A model generated the notes under the pieces. That model saw nothing but the letters and a program-made list of their open reading frames with translations, ran no database searches and was not told the origin of the DNA. Positions 7,490 through 15,542 of a stretch of 40,418 nt of DNA are shown here, piece after piece. The position numbers and the translations under genes were made by a program. The stretch spans positions 1 to 40,418 of the IMG/VR virus record IMGVR_UViG_3300009285_000028; one strand, 5' to 3'. Position 1 is the stretch's first letter; each line of letters opens with the position of its first letter. The stretch is from a virus.

Positions 7490-7782
7490 CCACCTTCGCT
7501 TGCATCTTCTGCGGCCTCCGGGGACACGACCCCGAGAAGATGGAGCACCACCTGTTCGTCGAACATCACCACCGGGTCGGGCTAGACCCAACGCCCTCGC
7601 GCGAGGAACTACACCGCCACCTCGACGAGGAACACGACGAAGACGACTGGAATCGCTGTGTCCGCTGCCACGACAGGGGCTGGACCTGGACCCAGGGTCA
7701 TCGGTATGAGTCGTGCTCGCACGAGGAGCGAATCCTGGTCTGCAACCGCTGCGGGGAATACCGGGGAGATGAGCCCGCATGA
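7486..7782 (+). CDS. Zinc-finger protein, 98 aa
   Basis: ATGA overlap. Contains CIFCG...H..H, CVRCH and CNRCG pairs. Confidence 0.65.
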   Translation: MTTFACIFCGLRGHDPEKMEHHLFVEHHHRVGLDPTPSREELHRHLDEEHDEDDWNRCVRCHDRGWTWTQGHRYESCSHEERILVCNRCGEYRGDEPA

Positions 7783-7955
7783 GTCCCGGTGACATCACGG
7801 CGGTTATGACCGAGGAGCAGGTGAACGACCTACGCGAGGCGCTCGGGAATCCCCCGGTGGTCCTGACGTGCCCCGTGTGCGGAGAGCGCGGCGGTTACTT
7901 CATCTTCCGCCCGCCGGATACACCAATGCATGTTGATTGCGAGAAGAGCGCATGA
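7779..7955 (+). CDS. Zinc-ribbon micro-protein, 58 aa
   Basis: ATGA overlap; CPVCG motif. Begins with GCATGAGTCCCGG, as does the next gene. Confidence 0.5.
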   Translation: MSPGDITAVMTEEQVNDLREALGNPPVVLTCPVCGERGGYFIFRPPDTPMHVDCEKSA

Positions 7956-8233
7956 GTCCCGGCGAGGGCCTTGTCGGCGGCACAACGACCCCCTGGTGGC
8001 GCTGCCCTGAGTGCCGGGGCGAATGGTCGTGGACCGCGCAGCGCATCCGTCACCGCTCCGACTGTCCCCGCCTCGAGGAGCAGCGTCAGCAACGCGAGGC
8101 CGATGCGCTCCGCAACCCGAGGGCACCCATCATCTCCGGCTGCGTCTTCCACGATTGGGACGGGGACCCGCTGGACTGCCCCGGCTGCATCGAGGTCGGG
8201 GACCGCGACGACTCCGTGGTGGGACCGACATGA
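7952..8233 (+). CDS. Zinc-ribbon protein, 93 aa
   Basis: ATGA overlap; CPECRG and CPGC pairs. Confidence 0.6.
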   Translation: MSPGEGLVGGTTTPWWRCPECRGEWSWTAQRIRHRSDCPRLEEQRQQREADALRNPRAPIISGCVFHDWDGDPLDCPGCIEVGDRDDSVVGPT

Positions 8234-8862
8234 GCGCCGTCCTCGTCACCAAGGTCGAGCCCCGCAACCGCGAGGGCAAGAAGCCCGACGCCAGCGTGTT
8301 CCTGTCCGATGGCACGAAGGCATGGTGCGGGGACCAGGAAGCCGCTGTAGCCCTGAAGGTGGGAGAACCCCTACCGCAGGGCTGGGAACGCTCTGAGGGC
8401 GACTACGGGCCACGTGTGAGCCCCCCTCGCAAGGGCGGAGGTGGCGGTGCCACGGCGTGGCGCAACACGAAGGAAGGCGCGGCCTACGAACGCGAGGGCT
8501 GGGCCATCAAGGAAGAGCGCAGCGACCGTCGCACGGCACTCATGCAGGCCGTGGCATTCTGCGCACCAGACCCCAGCGGCGAGGTGATGCTCGGTTTCGC
8601 CGACGACTTCTACGCATGGCTCCGCATAACCTCCGGGTCGGTGCCCCCAACCCCGCTGGGTACGACCGCGACGGCCCGGACCCCTACGGCCGCAGGGAAG
8701 CCTCATCCCTCCCCTGCGCCCAAGCCGAGTGGTAGCGGCGGGGATGCCGCCATCCCTGCCGCTCCTCGGTGCCCGGTCTGTGGCTCGGAAGACATCGGGT
8801 ACTCACCGAAGCGTGGGGTGAACGTGTGCGGAGCGTGTAACCAGGACTGGAAGAACGAATGA
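8230..8862 (+). CDS. Hypothetical protein, 210 aa, with a Pro-rich linker and C-terminal zinc ribbon
   Basis: ATGA overlap. C-terminus reads CPVCGSEDIGYSPKRGVNVCGAC. Confidence 0.65.
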   Translation: MSAVLVTKVEPRNREGKKPDASVFLSDGTKAWCGDQEAAVALKVGEPLPQGWERSEGDYGPRVSPPRKGGGGGATAWRNTKEGAAYEREGWAIKEERSDRRTALMQAVAFCAPDPSGEVMLGFADDFYAWLRITSGSVPPTPLGTTATARTPTAAGKPHPSPAPKPSGSGGDAAIPAAPRCPVCGSEDIGYSPKRGVNVCGACNQDWKNE

Positions 8863-8981
8863 ACTTCCGTCCCACCGAACCGGGTACGCCCGTGGGGACG
8901 GATGGTGGAGCACCCGGGGCCGAGGGTACTGGGGAAGGGCCTGAAGCCCCGGGTGTCACCCCACGAGAAGGAGGGGAGTAG
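8859..8981 (+). CDS. Gly/Pro-rich micro-ORF, 40 aa (doubtful)
   Basis: ATGA overlap, but low GC3 and low complexity. Confidence 0.25.
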   Translation: MNFRPTEPGTPVGTDGGAPGAEGTGEGPEAPGVTPREGGE

Positions 8982-9113
8982 ATGGAATCGGTGATGCAGG
9001 ACTTCCTGCTGGATGCCGTGACGTGGGTGTTCCGTGCCATCTGCGTCCTGTTCATCGTGTGGCTGGTGGCCATGGCCACGCTTCCCCTCTGGATGGATAG
9101 GGGGAAGAAGTGA
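8982..9113 (+). CDS. Membrane micro-protein, 43 aa
   Basis: SD GAAGGAGGGG upstream; one TM helix FRAICVLFIVWLVAMATLPLW. Confidence 0.5.
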   Translation: MESVMQDFLLDAVTWVFRAICVLFIVWLVAMATLPLWMDRGKK

Positions 9114-9325
9114 AGAAGATGAAGTGGACAGTGGTGTCCAGCGACCTGTTCAGCGATGGGACATGGCAGAGCACGTCATCTCAGCGCGACGCCCATTACC
9201 GGGCGATTCTGGAGACCCACGGAGGCGATACCGCGTATCCGGAACACGCCTTCCTCTACAAGGGCATTCCCGGAGAAGACCTGACCCTCGTAGCCACCTA
9301 CGAGAACGGGGTGAAGAAGAAGTGA
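9110..9325 (+). CDS. Hypothetical protein, 71 aa
   Basis: GTGA overlap; track ORF. Confidence 0.5.
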   Translation: MKKMKWTVVSSDLFSDGTWQSTSSQRDAHYRAILETHGGDTAYPEHAFLYKGIPGEDLTLVATYENGVKKK

Positions 9326-9483
9326 CGACGCGCGCGGCTCGTCGCCCCGTCGAGTTCTTTGCCCATCTCGCCTGCGGACACATCGTCGTCTGCTCCGAGA
9401 ACCGCAGAGAGGGAGAGCGGGAGGACTGCTGGAGATGCGGAGTGCCCGTTGTGGTGGAGAAGGTCAGGGAGGGGAAGAAGTAG
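9322..9483 (+). CDS. Cys-containing micro-protein, 53 aa
   Basis: GTGA overlap; CGH...C...CWRCG. Confidence 0.45.
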   Translation: MTTRAARRPVEFFAHLACGHIVVCSENRREGEREDCWRCGVPVVVEKVREGKK

Positions 9484-9921
9484 GTGCCCTACCTCCGCCT
9501 GGACGACAACATGATGGAGCACCCGAAGGTAGACCGCCTCTCCGACCCGGCCTTCCGCATCTGGATGAAGGGTCTGACCTACTGCGCCCGGTTGATGACC
9601 GATGGGTTGATACCCCGCCGCCTCGCGCTGTCGTGGGGGTCGCTGAAGCGCATCGGCGAGTTGCTGTCGGCCGGACTGTGGGATGAAGAGGGGGTCGGCT
9701 ACCGGGTCCACGACTGGCTGGACTGGAACGAATCCCGCCAACGGATTCTGGACAGACGCCGTGCGGATTCCATACGGAAGGCCGGTGGGAATCCGGGCAG
9801 GAATCCTGACGGAAGCCTCGCGCGTGCGGGAGTGGAGGGGGTTGGAGAAGGGAAAGAGAACAGGAGTCGCGGCGGATTCGTGCATCCGCTCGACCGCGAA
9901 CTGGGGGGCGACGATGGCTAG
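9484..9921 (+). CDS. Hypothetical protein, 145 aa (possible DNA-binding / replication-associated)
   Basis: GTG directly after the upstream TAG. The N-terminal PYLRLDDNMMEHPKV...FRIWMKGLTYC segment looks like a phage winged-helix family; assignment is tentative. Confidence 0.55.
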   Translation: MPYLRLDDNMMEHPKVDRLSDPAFRIWMKGLTYCARLMTDGLIPRRLALSWGSLKRIGELLSAGLWDEEGVGYRVHDWLDWNESRQRILDRRRADSIRKAGGNPGRNPDGSLARAGVEGVGEGKENRSRGGFVHPLDRELGGDDG

Positions 9922-10438
9922 TGTGAAGTACCGCACCATCGTCGCTGACCCACCGTGGCCCTATGAGGGCATGAGCGCTCCGTGGCGTTCCGCCGTAACG
10001 GCTCACTACGACTTGATGAGCCTCGCGGACATCAAGGCCCTGCCGGTGGCAGACATGGCCGAGGACGCATCCCACCTGTACCTGTGGGCCGTGTTGCCCC
10101 AGATGCGTCAGGCGTTCGACGTAATGGGCGCGTGGGGTTTCACGCCCTCCACGATGGTGACGTGGTGCAAGCCTGGCCCCGGCCTCGGCGCTGGATGGAG
10201 AGGCAACACCGAGCACTTGCTTGTGGGCCGGCGCGGCAACCTTCGGTTCGACGGCGTGGGTCGGGGAACCTGGTTTCAGGCATCCCGACTTACCCATTCG
10301 CGCAAGCCCGAGCTATTCCTGGACCTCATCGAGGAGATGAGTCCCGCCCCGCGTCTCGAACTCTTCGCCCGTCGCAACCGTCTCGGCTGGGACACCTGGG
10401 GCAACGAGGCGTTGGAGCATGTGGAGATGGAGGCATGA
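9914..10438 (+). CDS. MT-A70-type N6-adenine DNA methyltransferase
   Basis: Catalytic DPPW motif (IVADPPWPYE), then LYLWAV, WCKP and HSRKPE blocks typical of the MT-A70 family. Confidence 0.8.
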   Translation: MASVKYRTIVADPPWPYEGMSAPWRSAVTAHYDLMSLADIKALPVADMAEDASHLYLWAVLPQMRQAFDVMGAWGFTPSTMVTWCKPGPGLGAGWRGNTEHLLVGRRGNLRFDGVGRGTWFQASRLTHSRKPELFLDLIEEMSPAPRLELFARRNRLGWDTWGNEALEHVEMEA

Positions 10439-10887
10439 GCCCTAGCGATGCCGCCCGCAGGCACGCCGCCAGCCTGCTCTCGCATTGGCCCGGTGCGTTC
10501 ATCGCCGAGGCCCACCTCGTAGCCATCGCCGAGGACCTGGAGCACGCCGGCCTGGACATCGCCGACGACGTGATAGCCCTGCTGCGCCTCCGGTGCAGGT
10601 CCGTCCCCTCCGGCCCCGACATCCACGAGACTGCCCGAGAGGTGCGCCGCGAGACGATGAGTCCCCGCATGGACCTCGGCTACAAAGACTGGGGGCATCG
10701 CCCGATGACCGCCGACGAATGGGCGCACGGTGCGTTCCACCTCGAGGCGCTTCTCTGCACTCGGGCCGAAGACCGAACCGATGAGCAACGCGAACTGTCC
10801 CGGAACCCGCAGCGGTGCGACTGCACAGCACGGCGCAGGCGTGGGCTTGCGGGTGTCGCCCTCACCCCAGAACGGAGAGAGACATGA
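10435..10887 (+). CDS. Hypothetical protein, 150 aa
   Basis: ATGA overlap; in frame with track ORF 9982..10887. Confidence 0.55.
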   Translation: MSPSDAARRHAASLLSHWPGAFIAEAHLVAIAEDLEHAGLDIADDVIALLRLRCRSVPSGPDIHETAREVRRETMSPRMDLGYKDWGHRPMTADEWAHGAFHLEALLCTRAEDRTDEQRELSRNPQRCDCTARRRRGLAGVALTPERRET

Positions 10888-11096
10888 GCAATGCGCGTTG
10901 GACCGATGGCGCGGCCGTGGTGAACATCACGCGGTTCGGATTCGAGTGGGGCTCGATGGTGGTGGAACGTCTCGCCGACGACCCGCGAGGTGGAACCTGG
11001 GTGCGGGTCAGTTCGCTCGGCCGCAGCCAGGGCTATGTAGACGTGCGGGTTTCGGCTCGAGGCGCGACCGTCCAACTCGTGGAGGACGCGACATGA
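10884..11096 (+). CDS. Hypothetical protein, 70 aa
   Basis: ATGA overlap. Confidence 0.55.
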   Translation: MSNARWTDGAAVVNITRFGFEWGSMVVERLADDPRGGTWVRVSSLGRSQGYVDVRVSARGATVQLVEDAT

Positions 11097-11203
11097 GCGG
11101 TTTCTGGTTCGGCGTACTGGCCGGCTGGGTCGGGGGACTGGCCCTCACAACGCTGGTCCTGCTGTTCCTCGCCGGAGGAAGCCGAAAGGAGGCACCCAGA
11201 TGA
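11093..11203 (+). CDS. Membrane micro-protein, 36 aa
   Basis: ATGA overlaps on both sides; FWFGVLAGWVGGLALTTLVLLFLAG. Confidence 0.4.
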   Translation: MSGFWFGVLAGWVGGLALTTLVLLFLAGGSRKEAPR

Positions 11204-11457
11204 CCACGCTGCAGGAGATTCTGGACGAGGCTCGCAACCCAGGATTCATCGGCTCTGCGCTCTATCTAGCCGACCGCATCGAAGCCTGGGCCTACGGCGA
11301 GGAGAAGGAGTGCCCGACCGCACACGGGCATGGTCGTTGCCCCACCTGCCACGGCACCGGCACCATCAGCACAGAGAGACTGGTGTTTCGGGTCATGGGC
11401 TACAGCCGCGACGACGTGTACGAACGGCTAGAACAGGAGCTAGGAAGGAAACCATGA
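11200..11457 (+). CDS. Protein with a DnaJ-type CxxCxGxG zinc finger, 85 aa
   Basis: CPTAHGHGRCPTCHGTG. Confidence 0.6.
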   Translation: MTTLQEILDEARNPGFIGSALYLADRIEAWAYGEEKECPTAHGHGRCPTCHGTGTISTERLVFRVMGYSRDDVYERLEQELGRKP

Positions 11458-12203
11458 GCCGTTCCTCTCAGCGCGCTGCCGCAGACCGCGCCCAATGCGC
11501 AATCGATGGGTGCGCTGAGTTCGCTCGAGCGCGAGGTTGGTGCGGGGCGCACTATCAACGATGGAGGCGCTTCGGTGACCCCAATGCGCTGGCGTTGCCG
11601 CATCGCAAGGAGACCGATAGCTCTCGCCGAACCGCCAATGGGACCGCCTACTTCACGGACGAGGGGCGCGCGTTTCAACTTCGGCGTGGCGTCGGCGGGT
11701 CCATTCGCCGCGTCTACGGAGAGGTGCGTGTATGTGAGGGGTGCAAGGAGGAGTTCCTGGCTCGCAAGTTCAGGGGGGCCTGGGGCCGCTTCTGCTCGAC
11801 ACGCTGCGAGAAACGGGGGGAGCGCAATCCGATGCGCCGCAACATGCGCCGTCGAGGCACGGTTGCGAAGCATACGGCCGACCACTGGTTCTCCCGAATT
11901 GTACGGAGCAAGGGGTCCTGCGAACGATGCGGAGGTATTGCTAGCCTGCAATGCGCCCACGTGTTTTCGCGGCTGTATCTCAGCACTCGTTGGGATGAGG
12001 ACAACGCCCTCTGCCTGTGCTCGGGGTGCCACATGTTCTTCACCCATCACCCGATTGAGTGGGAGGATTACATCATCGGCCGGATGGGGGAGGCAGCCTA
12101 CTACGCGCTGCGGCGCAGGGCAGCCACTCCACAGAAGCCGGACTACGAGTCTCTGCTTGACCACCTAACCGACCGCATGTCGGACATGGGGCTGAACGTA
12201 TGA
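11454..12203 (+). CDS. NinG/Rap-like structure-specific endonuclease with an N-terminal Cys-rich domain
   Basis: The C-terminal SCERCGG...LQCAHVFSR...RWDEDNALCLCSGCH pattern resembles lambda NinG. N-terminus CAIDGC...GWCGAHYQRWRRFGDP. Confidence 0.6.
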   Translation: MSRSSQRAAADRAQCAIDGCAEFARARGWCGAHYQRWRRFGDPNALALPHRKETDSSRRTANGTAYFTDEGRAFQLRRGVGGSIRRVYGEVRVCEGCKEEFLARKFRGAWGRFCSTRCEKRGERNPMRRNMRRRGTVAKHTADHWFSRIVRSKGSCERCGGIASLQCAHVFSRLYLSTRWDEDNALCLCSGCHMFFTHHPIEWEDYIIGRMGEAAYYALRRRAATPQKPDYESLLDHLTDRMSDMGLNV

Positions 12204-12270
12204 ACAAGCTGGATTACCTCGCCATCAAGCGTGATTTCACTCAGCACCTTGAGCAGTTGGAGGGAGAGAC

Positions 12271-12579
12271 ATGACCGAGAAGGGCTCCGTGGTGGAGCTT
12301 GCCGAGAAGTGGGCACACGCAGAAGCCCCAACAGAGGGCGACCCGATGAAGGTCATGCTCGTCGAGTTACTCACGGGCGAGATTCGGATTCTGGCGAACG
12401 AAGTCCTCCGACTTGTCTCCCTAGCAGAAGCGATGGAGCGGGTCATGGAGGCGGCGGAGGCGGTCGCCGGTAACGGCTACGACGCCGACGGTCGCTACAT
12501 CCTTATGGATGACCGCATGAACGCCCTCCGCTCCGCCCTCCAAGCCCTCCACTCCCTCGAAGAGGAGACAGAGAGATGA
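12271..12579 (+). CDS. Hypothetical protein, 102 aa; paralogue of 16709..17002
   Basis: Shares AEAMERV(M/V)EAA(E/K)A and nucleotide blocks with the second copy. Confidence 0.6.
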   Translation: MTEKGSVVELAEKWAHAEAPTEGDPMKVMLVELLTGEIRILANEVLRLVSLAEAMERVMEAAEAVAGNGYDADGRYILMDDRMNALRSALQALHSLEEETER

Positions 12580-12622
12580 CCGCGCAGATTCGTCGTCAGT
12601 CCCCCCAAGGAGATACCCAACA

Positions 12623-12991
12623 GTGAGCCACGGCCTCTACTCGACCTATCAACACGGATGCCGGTGTGGCCCGTGTACGAGGGCCGTGGCCGACTACGGC
12701 AAGGACTGGCGCGCACGCGCGGTCGAGTACCAGTGGCGCAAGCTCCCACCGGCACCGCTTGCCGCCATCTTGGAGAACGAGGCGAAGATGCGCTCCCGGC
12801 AGGGGCAGCAGGCCAGCGGCAACGTGGTCCTGGCCCGCGAATACTCCCTGCGCTACGGGGGAGCCGTGATGTCCCACGTCAAGTTCCTCGAGCGCCTAGC
12901 CCAGAACCACTACGTCTGGGAGCAGACCGCCGACCGCTGGCTCACGCTCATCGGTACTCACCTCGACGCCCTGTATCCGAGGGGCGCATGA
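12623..12991 (+). CDS. Protein with an N-terminal HGxxSxYxxGCRCxxC motif (actinophage-type DNA-binding candidate)
   Basis: GTG 12623 with AAGGAG upstream; HGLYSTYQHGCRCGPCTRA. Confidence 0.6.
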   Translation: MSHGLYSTYQHGCRCGPCTRAVADYGKDWRARAVEYQWRKLPPAPLAAILENEAKMRSRQGQQASGNVVLAREYSLRYGGAVMSHVKFLERLAQNHYVWEQTADRWLTLIGTHLDALYPRGA

Positions 12992-13455
12992 AGCCGATAC
13001 GCGGCTCATTCCCGTGGACGATACGCCGGGGCGCTCCACGCCACGACTTCCTTGAGCTGCTTCACCGCAAGGCGTGGCACGCCGAGGCCCTGTGTGCCGA
13101 CTCCTCGCGCGCGGACTTCCGCTGGTTCTTCTCGGAGCGTTCGAGCGAGCAGCGGGCCGTCAAGGGCTTCACCGAGGCGGAGGCGCGAGCCAAGACCTGC
13201 TGCGCCCAGTGTCCGGTGCGCAAGGACTGCCTCCAAGAGGGCCTGTACGAACCCGCCGGCATCTGGGGCGGAACCCTCCCCACGCAACGCTCGCGGTATC
13301 GGCACACGGCCGACTGCGAGCCTGGCACCAAGTGGCACCCCCGGAACCACATGGCCTGCAACCCCGACTGGATGCAGGTGGCGCACCTGTTGGTAGAGAT
13401 GGAGGTAGAGGCCCAGGAACATGGCCTCGTACCCCGAACAGAGGAGGTCGCGTAA
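12988..13455 (+). CDS. whiB: WhiB-like (Wbl) Fe-S transcription factor with a ~70-aa C-terminal extension
   Basis: ALC...CCAQCPVRKDC (C-Xn-C-X2-C-X5-C) followed by GIWGG. Confidence 0.8.
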   Translation: MKPIRGSFPWTIRRGAPRHDFLELLHRKAWHAEALCADSSRADFRWFFSERSSEQRAVKGFTEAEARAKTCCAQCPVRKDCLQEGLYEPAGIWGGTLPTQRSRYRHTADCEPGTKWHPRNHMACNPDWMQVAHLLVEMEVEAQEHGLVPRTEEVA

Positions 13456-13853
13456 TGGACAACCAGGTAATCCTGGCGGCCCATGAGGCGCTGAAGACCG
13501 AGCAAGCGGAAGAGATGTATTGGCGGGAGTACACAGACACGCCCTGGTGGAGGGTGCGTAGGAAGGAGGCTGCGTATCGCGTCTACCTGATGATGTGTGC
13601 CCAGGCGGACGAGAGCGAGCGCAGGTTTCGCCGCCTGCTGGAGGAGGACAAGATGAGTGACACCATGCCCGACGAACTTTGGCCACCCACGTTGGAGTGG
13701 CAACAGGACAACGATGGTGTGTTCAGGGTCGTGGTCACCCGCGCCTCTCGGTCGGGGGGCTGCGAGGTGTTGCTAGACGCACCGCTCGATGCAGCCCTGA
13801 TTAGCGCGATTCGGGGGCAGCGAACCCCGACGAAGCAGGAGCAGAACCGCTGA
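13455..13853 (+). CDS. Hypothetical protein, 132 aa
   Basis: TAATG junction, preceded by the 20-nt repeat that carries GAGGAGG. Confidence 0.6.
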   Translation: MDNQVILAAHEALKTEQAEEMYWREYTDTPWWRVRRKEAAYRVYLMMCAQADESERRFRRLLEEDKMSDTMPDELWPPTLEWQQDNDGVFRVVVTRASRSGGCEVLLDAPLDAALISAIRGQRTPTKQEQNR

Positions 13854-13996
13854 GTAACGCCGCCGTGATGTTCTACGAACCGGACTGCGATGACGACATC
13901 GTTGAGCAGGCGGAGCGCACCGGGGTCCTTTGCCTGTCGGTCGAGGGCGGGTATCTCACGAAGTACCTCACAGGTACCCCGAACAGAGGAGGTGGC

Positions 13997-14257
13997 ATGA
14001 GCCACACACCGGGACCCTGGCAATACGACGGCGGTTACATCTACGGGAAAGACAAGATACGACCCGTGTGCGAGACCTTGTACTACGGCGGGGAACACCA
14101 CGCTGAGTCCGTGGCAAACTCACGCCTCATCGCCGCCGCGCCGGAGATGTATGCGGCGCTGAAGGCTATCGCGGCGGACGTGGACCTGGAACAGCGGGCA
14201 CCACACATCACGCATATCGCCCGCACTGCCCTCGCCAAAGCAAAGGGGGAAGCATGA
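13997..14257 (+). CDS. Hypothetical protein, 86 aa
   Basis: ATG 13997 preceded by the same 20-nt SD-containing repeat; PGPW...LIAAAPEM pattern. Confidence 0.6.
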   Translation: MSHTPGPWQYDGGYIYGKDKIRPVCETLYYGGEHHAESVANSRLIAAAPEMYAALKAIAADVDLEQRAPHITHIARTALAKAKGEA

Positions 14258-14523
14258 GCACCGAAGCAGACAACGTGGTTCAGATGCCCGAACGCCCCGA
14301 GCGCACTCAGCTCGTATTCGAGTTGGAGGGCTTCCCGGACCCCACCGGGCTCTACTTCAACCTAGCTAGCGCCAAGAACCTGCCCACGGACAAGACCCTG
14401 GGCTGGGAGCAGCACGTCTCCGGCCGCTTCGAGGGCACGCTGACGGGCACCGAGTTCATGCGCCGCCAGGGAGAGCTGGTGCAGGTGTGGAAGATAACGG
14501 TCCTCGAGGCTACGCTCGACTGA
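14254..14523 (+). CDS. Hypothetical protein, 89 aa
   Basis: ATGA overlap. Confidence 0.6.
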   Translation: MSTEADNVVQMPERPERTQLVFELEGFPDPTGLYFNLASAKNLPTDKTLGWEQHVSGRFEGTLTGTEFMRRQGELVQVWKITVLEATLD

Positions 14524-14849
14524 TGGGCGCGAATGCTATCTCGTGGAAGCGGGTGCAGCGGGTAAATCGCAGGCTGGAGGAGCAGTTCGTGCATGCCTCG
14601 ACATCCTCGCATGGGGAGTGGTGGCGGTGGTTCTGCATCCGACATGACGGCACCGCAGCATCGGTAAACACCCGAACGTGGGAGGTTGAAGAGGAGCCCC
14701 GCCAGGTCACCTCTACACAGCGGCTGCTGCGGGAGCGCCGGCCTACCGCCTACCTGTTGGATGAGACTGATTGGTTGGCCGAACTCGACGAGCGAGCAGC
14801 AACCCTAGTGCCGCTGAATCTCGCCGAAGATGGTGGACCCATTGTCTAG
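14523..14849 (+). CDS. Hypothetical protein, 108 aa
   Basis: TGATG junction; in frame with track ORF 14487..14849. Confidence 0.55.
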   Translation: MGANAISWKRVQRVNRRLEEQFVHASTSSHGEWWRWFCIRHDGTAASVNTRTWEVEEEPRQVTSTQRLLRERRPTAYLLDETDWLAELDERAATLVPLNLAEDGGPIV

Positions 14850-14874
14850 GGGGCGGGGGCGGCTTCGTTGAGTC

Positions 14875-14985
14875 AAGGAGCGGTGGGACTCGAACCCACG
14901 ACCTCCGGGACTCGAGGGTCTCGCACGGGGGCGACCCGCACGGTTGCCCTTGCTCCCGGCGCTCTGCCAACTGAGCTACGCTCCC
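14875..14985 (-). tRNA. tRNA-like gene, 111 nt, with a 38-nt insertion in the anticodon loop (candidate loop CUCGAGU, anticodon CGA)
   Basis: The reverse complement folds as acceptor GGGAGCG/CGCUCCU, D arm GCUC-AGUUGGCA-GAGC, anticodon stem CCGGG/CCCGG, variable AGGUC, T arm GUGGG-UUCGAGU-CCCAC. There are 45 nt instead of 7 between the anticodon-stem halves. Confidence 0.6.
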
Positions 14986-14998
14986 TAGGCTCCCCCCG

Positions 14999-15027
14999 AT
15001 TCTCCTCCCCCTGAACGCTACATGCAA
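14999..15027 (-). promoter_or_regulatory. Putative promoter of the tRNA-like gene: TTGCAT-17 nt-GAGAAT
   Basis: On the minus strand, -35 is at 15022-15027 and -10 at 14999-15004. The -10 ends 13 nt before the tRNA 5' end. Confidence 0.45.
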
Positions 15028-15051
15028 GGGTATGCAACTAGCGACTACCCC

Positions 15052-15080
15052 TTGACATGGGCAGGGCACGGGTTCAGGAT
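15052..15080 (+). promoter_or_regulatory. Possible rightward promoter TTGACA-17 nt-CAGGAT restarting + strand transcription after the tRNA-like gene
   Basis: Perfect -35 hexamer but a weak -10. Followed by CTAGACGAGAGG and the SD of ORF 15116. Confidence 0.35.
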
Positions 15081-15115
15081 GAGGCTCGAAGGACTAGACG
15101 AGAGGAGGCATCGAG

Positions 15116-15271
15116 ATGGCGCGGTACCTGGTCACCTGGAGGCGCCAGGACGGAACCATCGGCACGTCCTGGGAACTGGTCGAGTTGAAGCGCTGCGTGT
15201 CGCTCGAACTCATGGGTTTCTGCTCATGCGACACCCACCGCTGGGCCATAGCGGGTGATGCCTCCGCCTAG
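15116..15271 (+). CDS. Micro-protein, 51 aa
   Basis: SD GAGAGGAGG upstream of ATG 15116; below the track cutoff. Confidence 0.45.
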   Translation: MARYLVTWRRQDGTIGTSWELVELKRCVSLELMGFCSCDTHRWAIAGDASA

Positions 15272-15305
15272 GTTCACGGAAGCCATCTCGAGGGAAGGAG
15301 GAGGG

Positions 15306-15542
15306 ATGAGCGAGCGGATGACCCGGCCGCAATGCGAGGCCGTGCTCGGGCAGGTGAACAACCTCCTGAACCGCGACACGGGGGATGAGGGCGCGTATCT
15401 CATCGAGGGCGTATACGGCGGCCTCGGCCTGTACCGCCGAGCTGGACACGGTTACGCGGAGACGGTCGGCTACCGCATGACCACGCGGGAGATGTACTAC
15501 GTCCTCAAGGGCATGAGGGATGCCCTGGAGTCGGTTCGATGA
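15306..15542 (+). CDS. Hypothetical protein, 78 aa
   Basis: SD GGAAGGAGGAGGG upstream of ATG 15306. Confidence 0.55.
   Translation: MSERMTRPQCEAVLGQVNNLLNRDTGDEGAYLIEGVYGGLGLYRRAGHGYAETVGYRMTTREMYYVLKGMRDALESVR

Noticed and set aside
6812-7505. Minus-strand ORFs 6812..7369 (185 aa) and 6861..7505 (214 aa) across the switch region
   Set aside because: Their translations are Arg/Pro/Ser-rich and junk-like. They overlap the promoter region and the + strand early gene and have no start context.
13865-13996. N-terminal extension of track ORF 13865..14257 (GTG start)
   Set aside because: The internal ATG 13997 is preceded by a perfect GAGGAGG within the conserved 20-nt repeat. The upstream 44 codons may still encode a separate peptide, but there is no evidence for that.
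14875-14985. tRNA-like sequence as an attP core for integration into a host tRNA gene
   Set aside because: No integrase or excisionase was found anywhere. Both halves of the tRNA are present, whereas attP usually carries only the 3' part, and the element has its own promoter.
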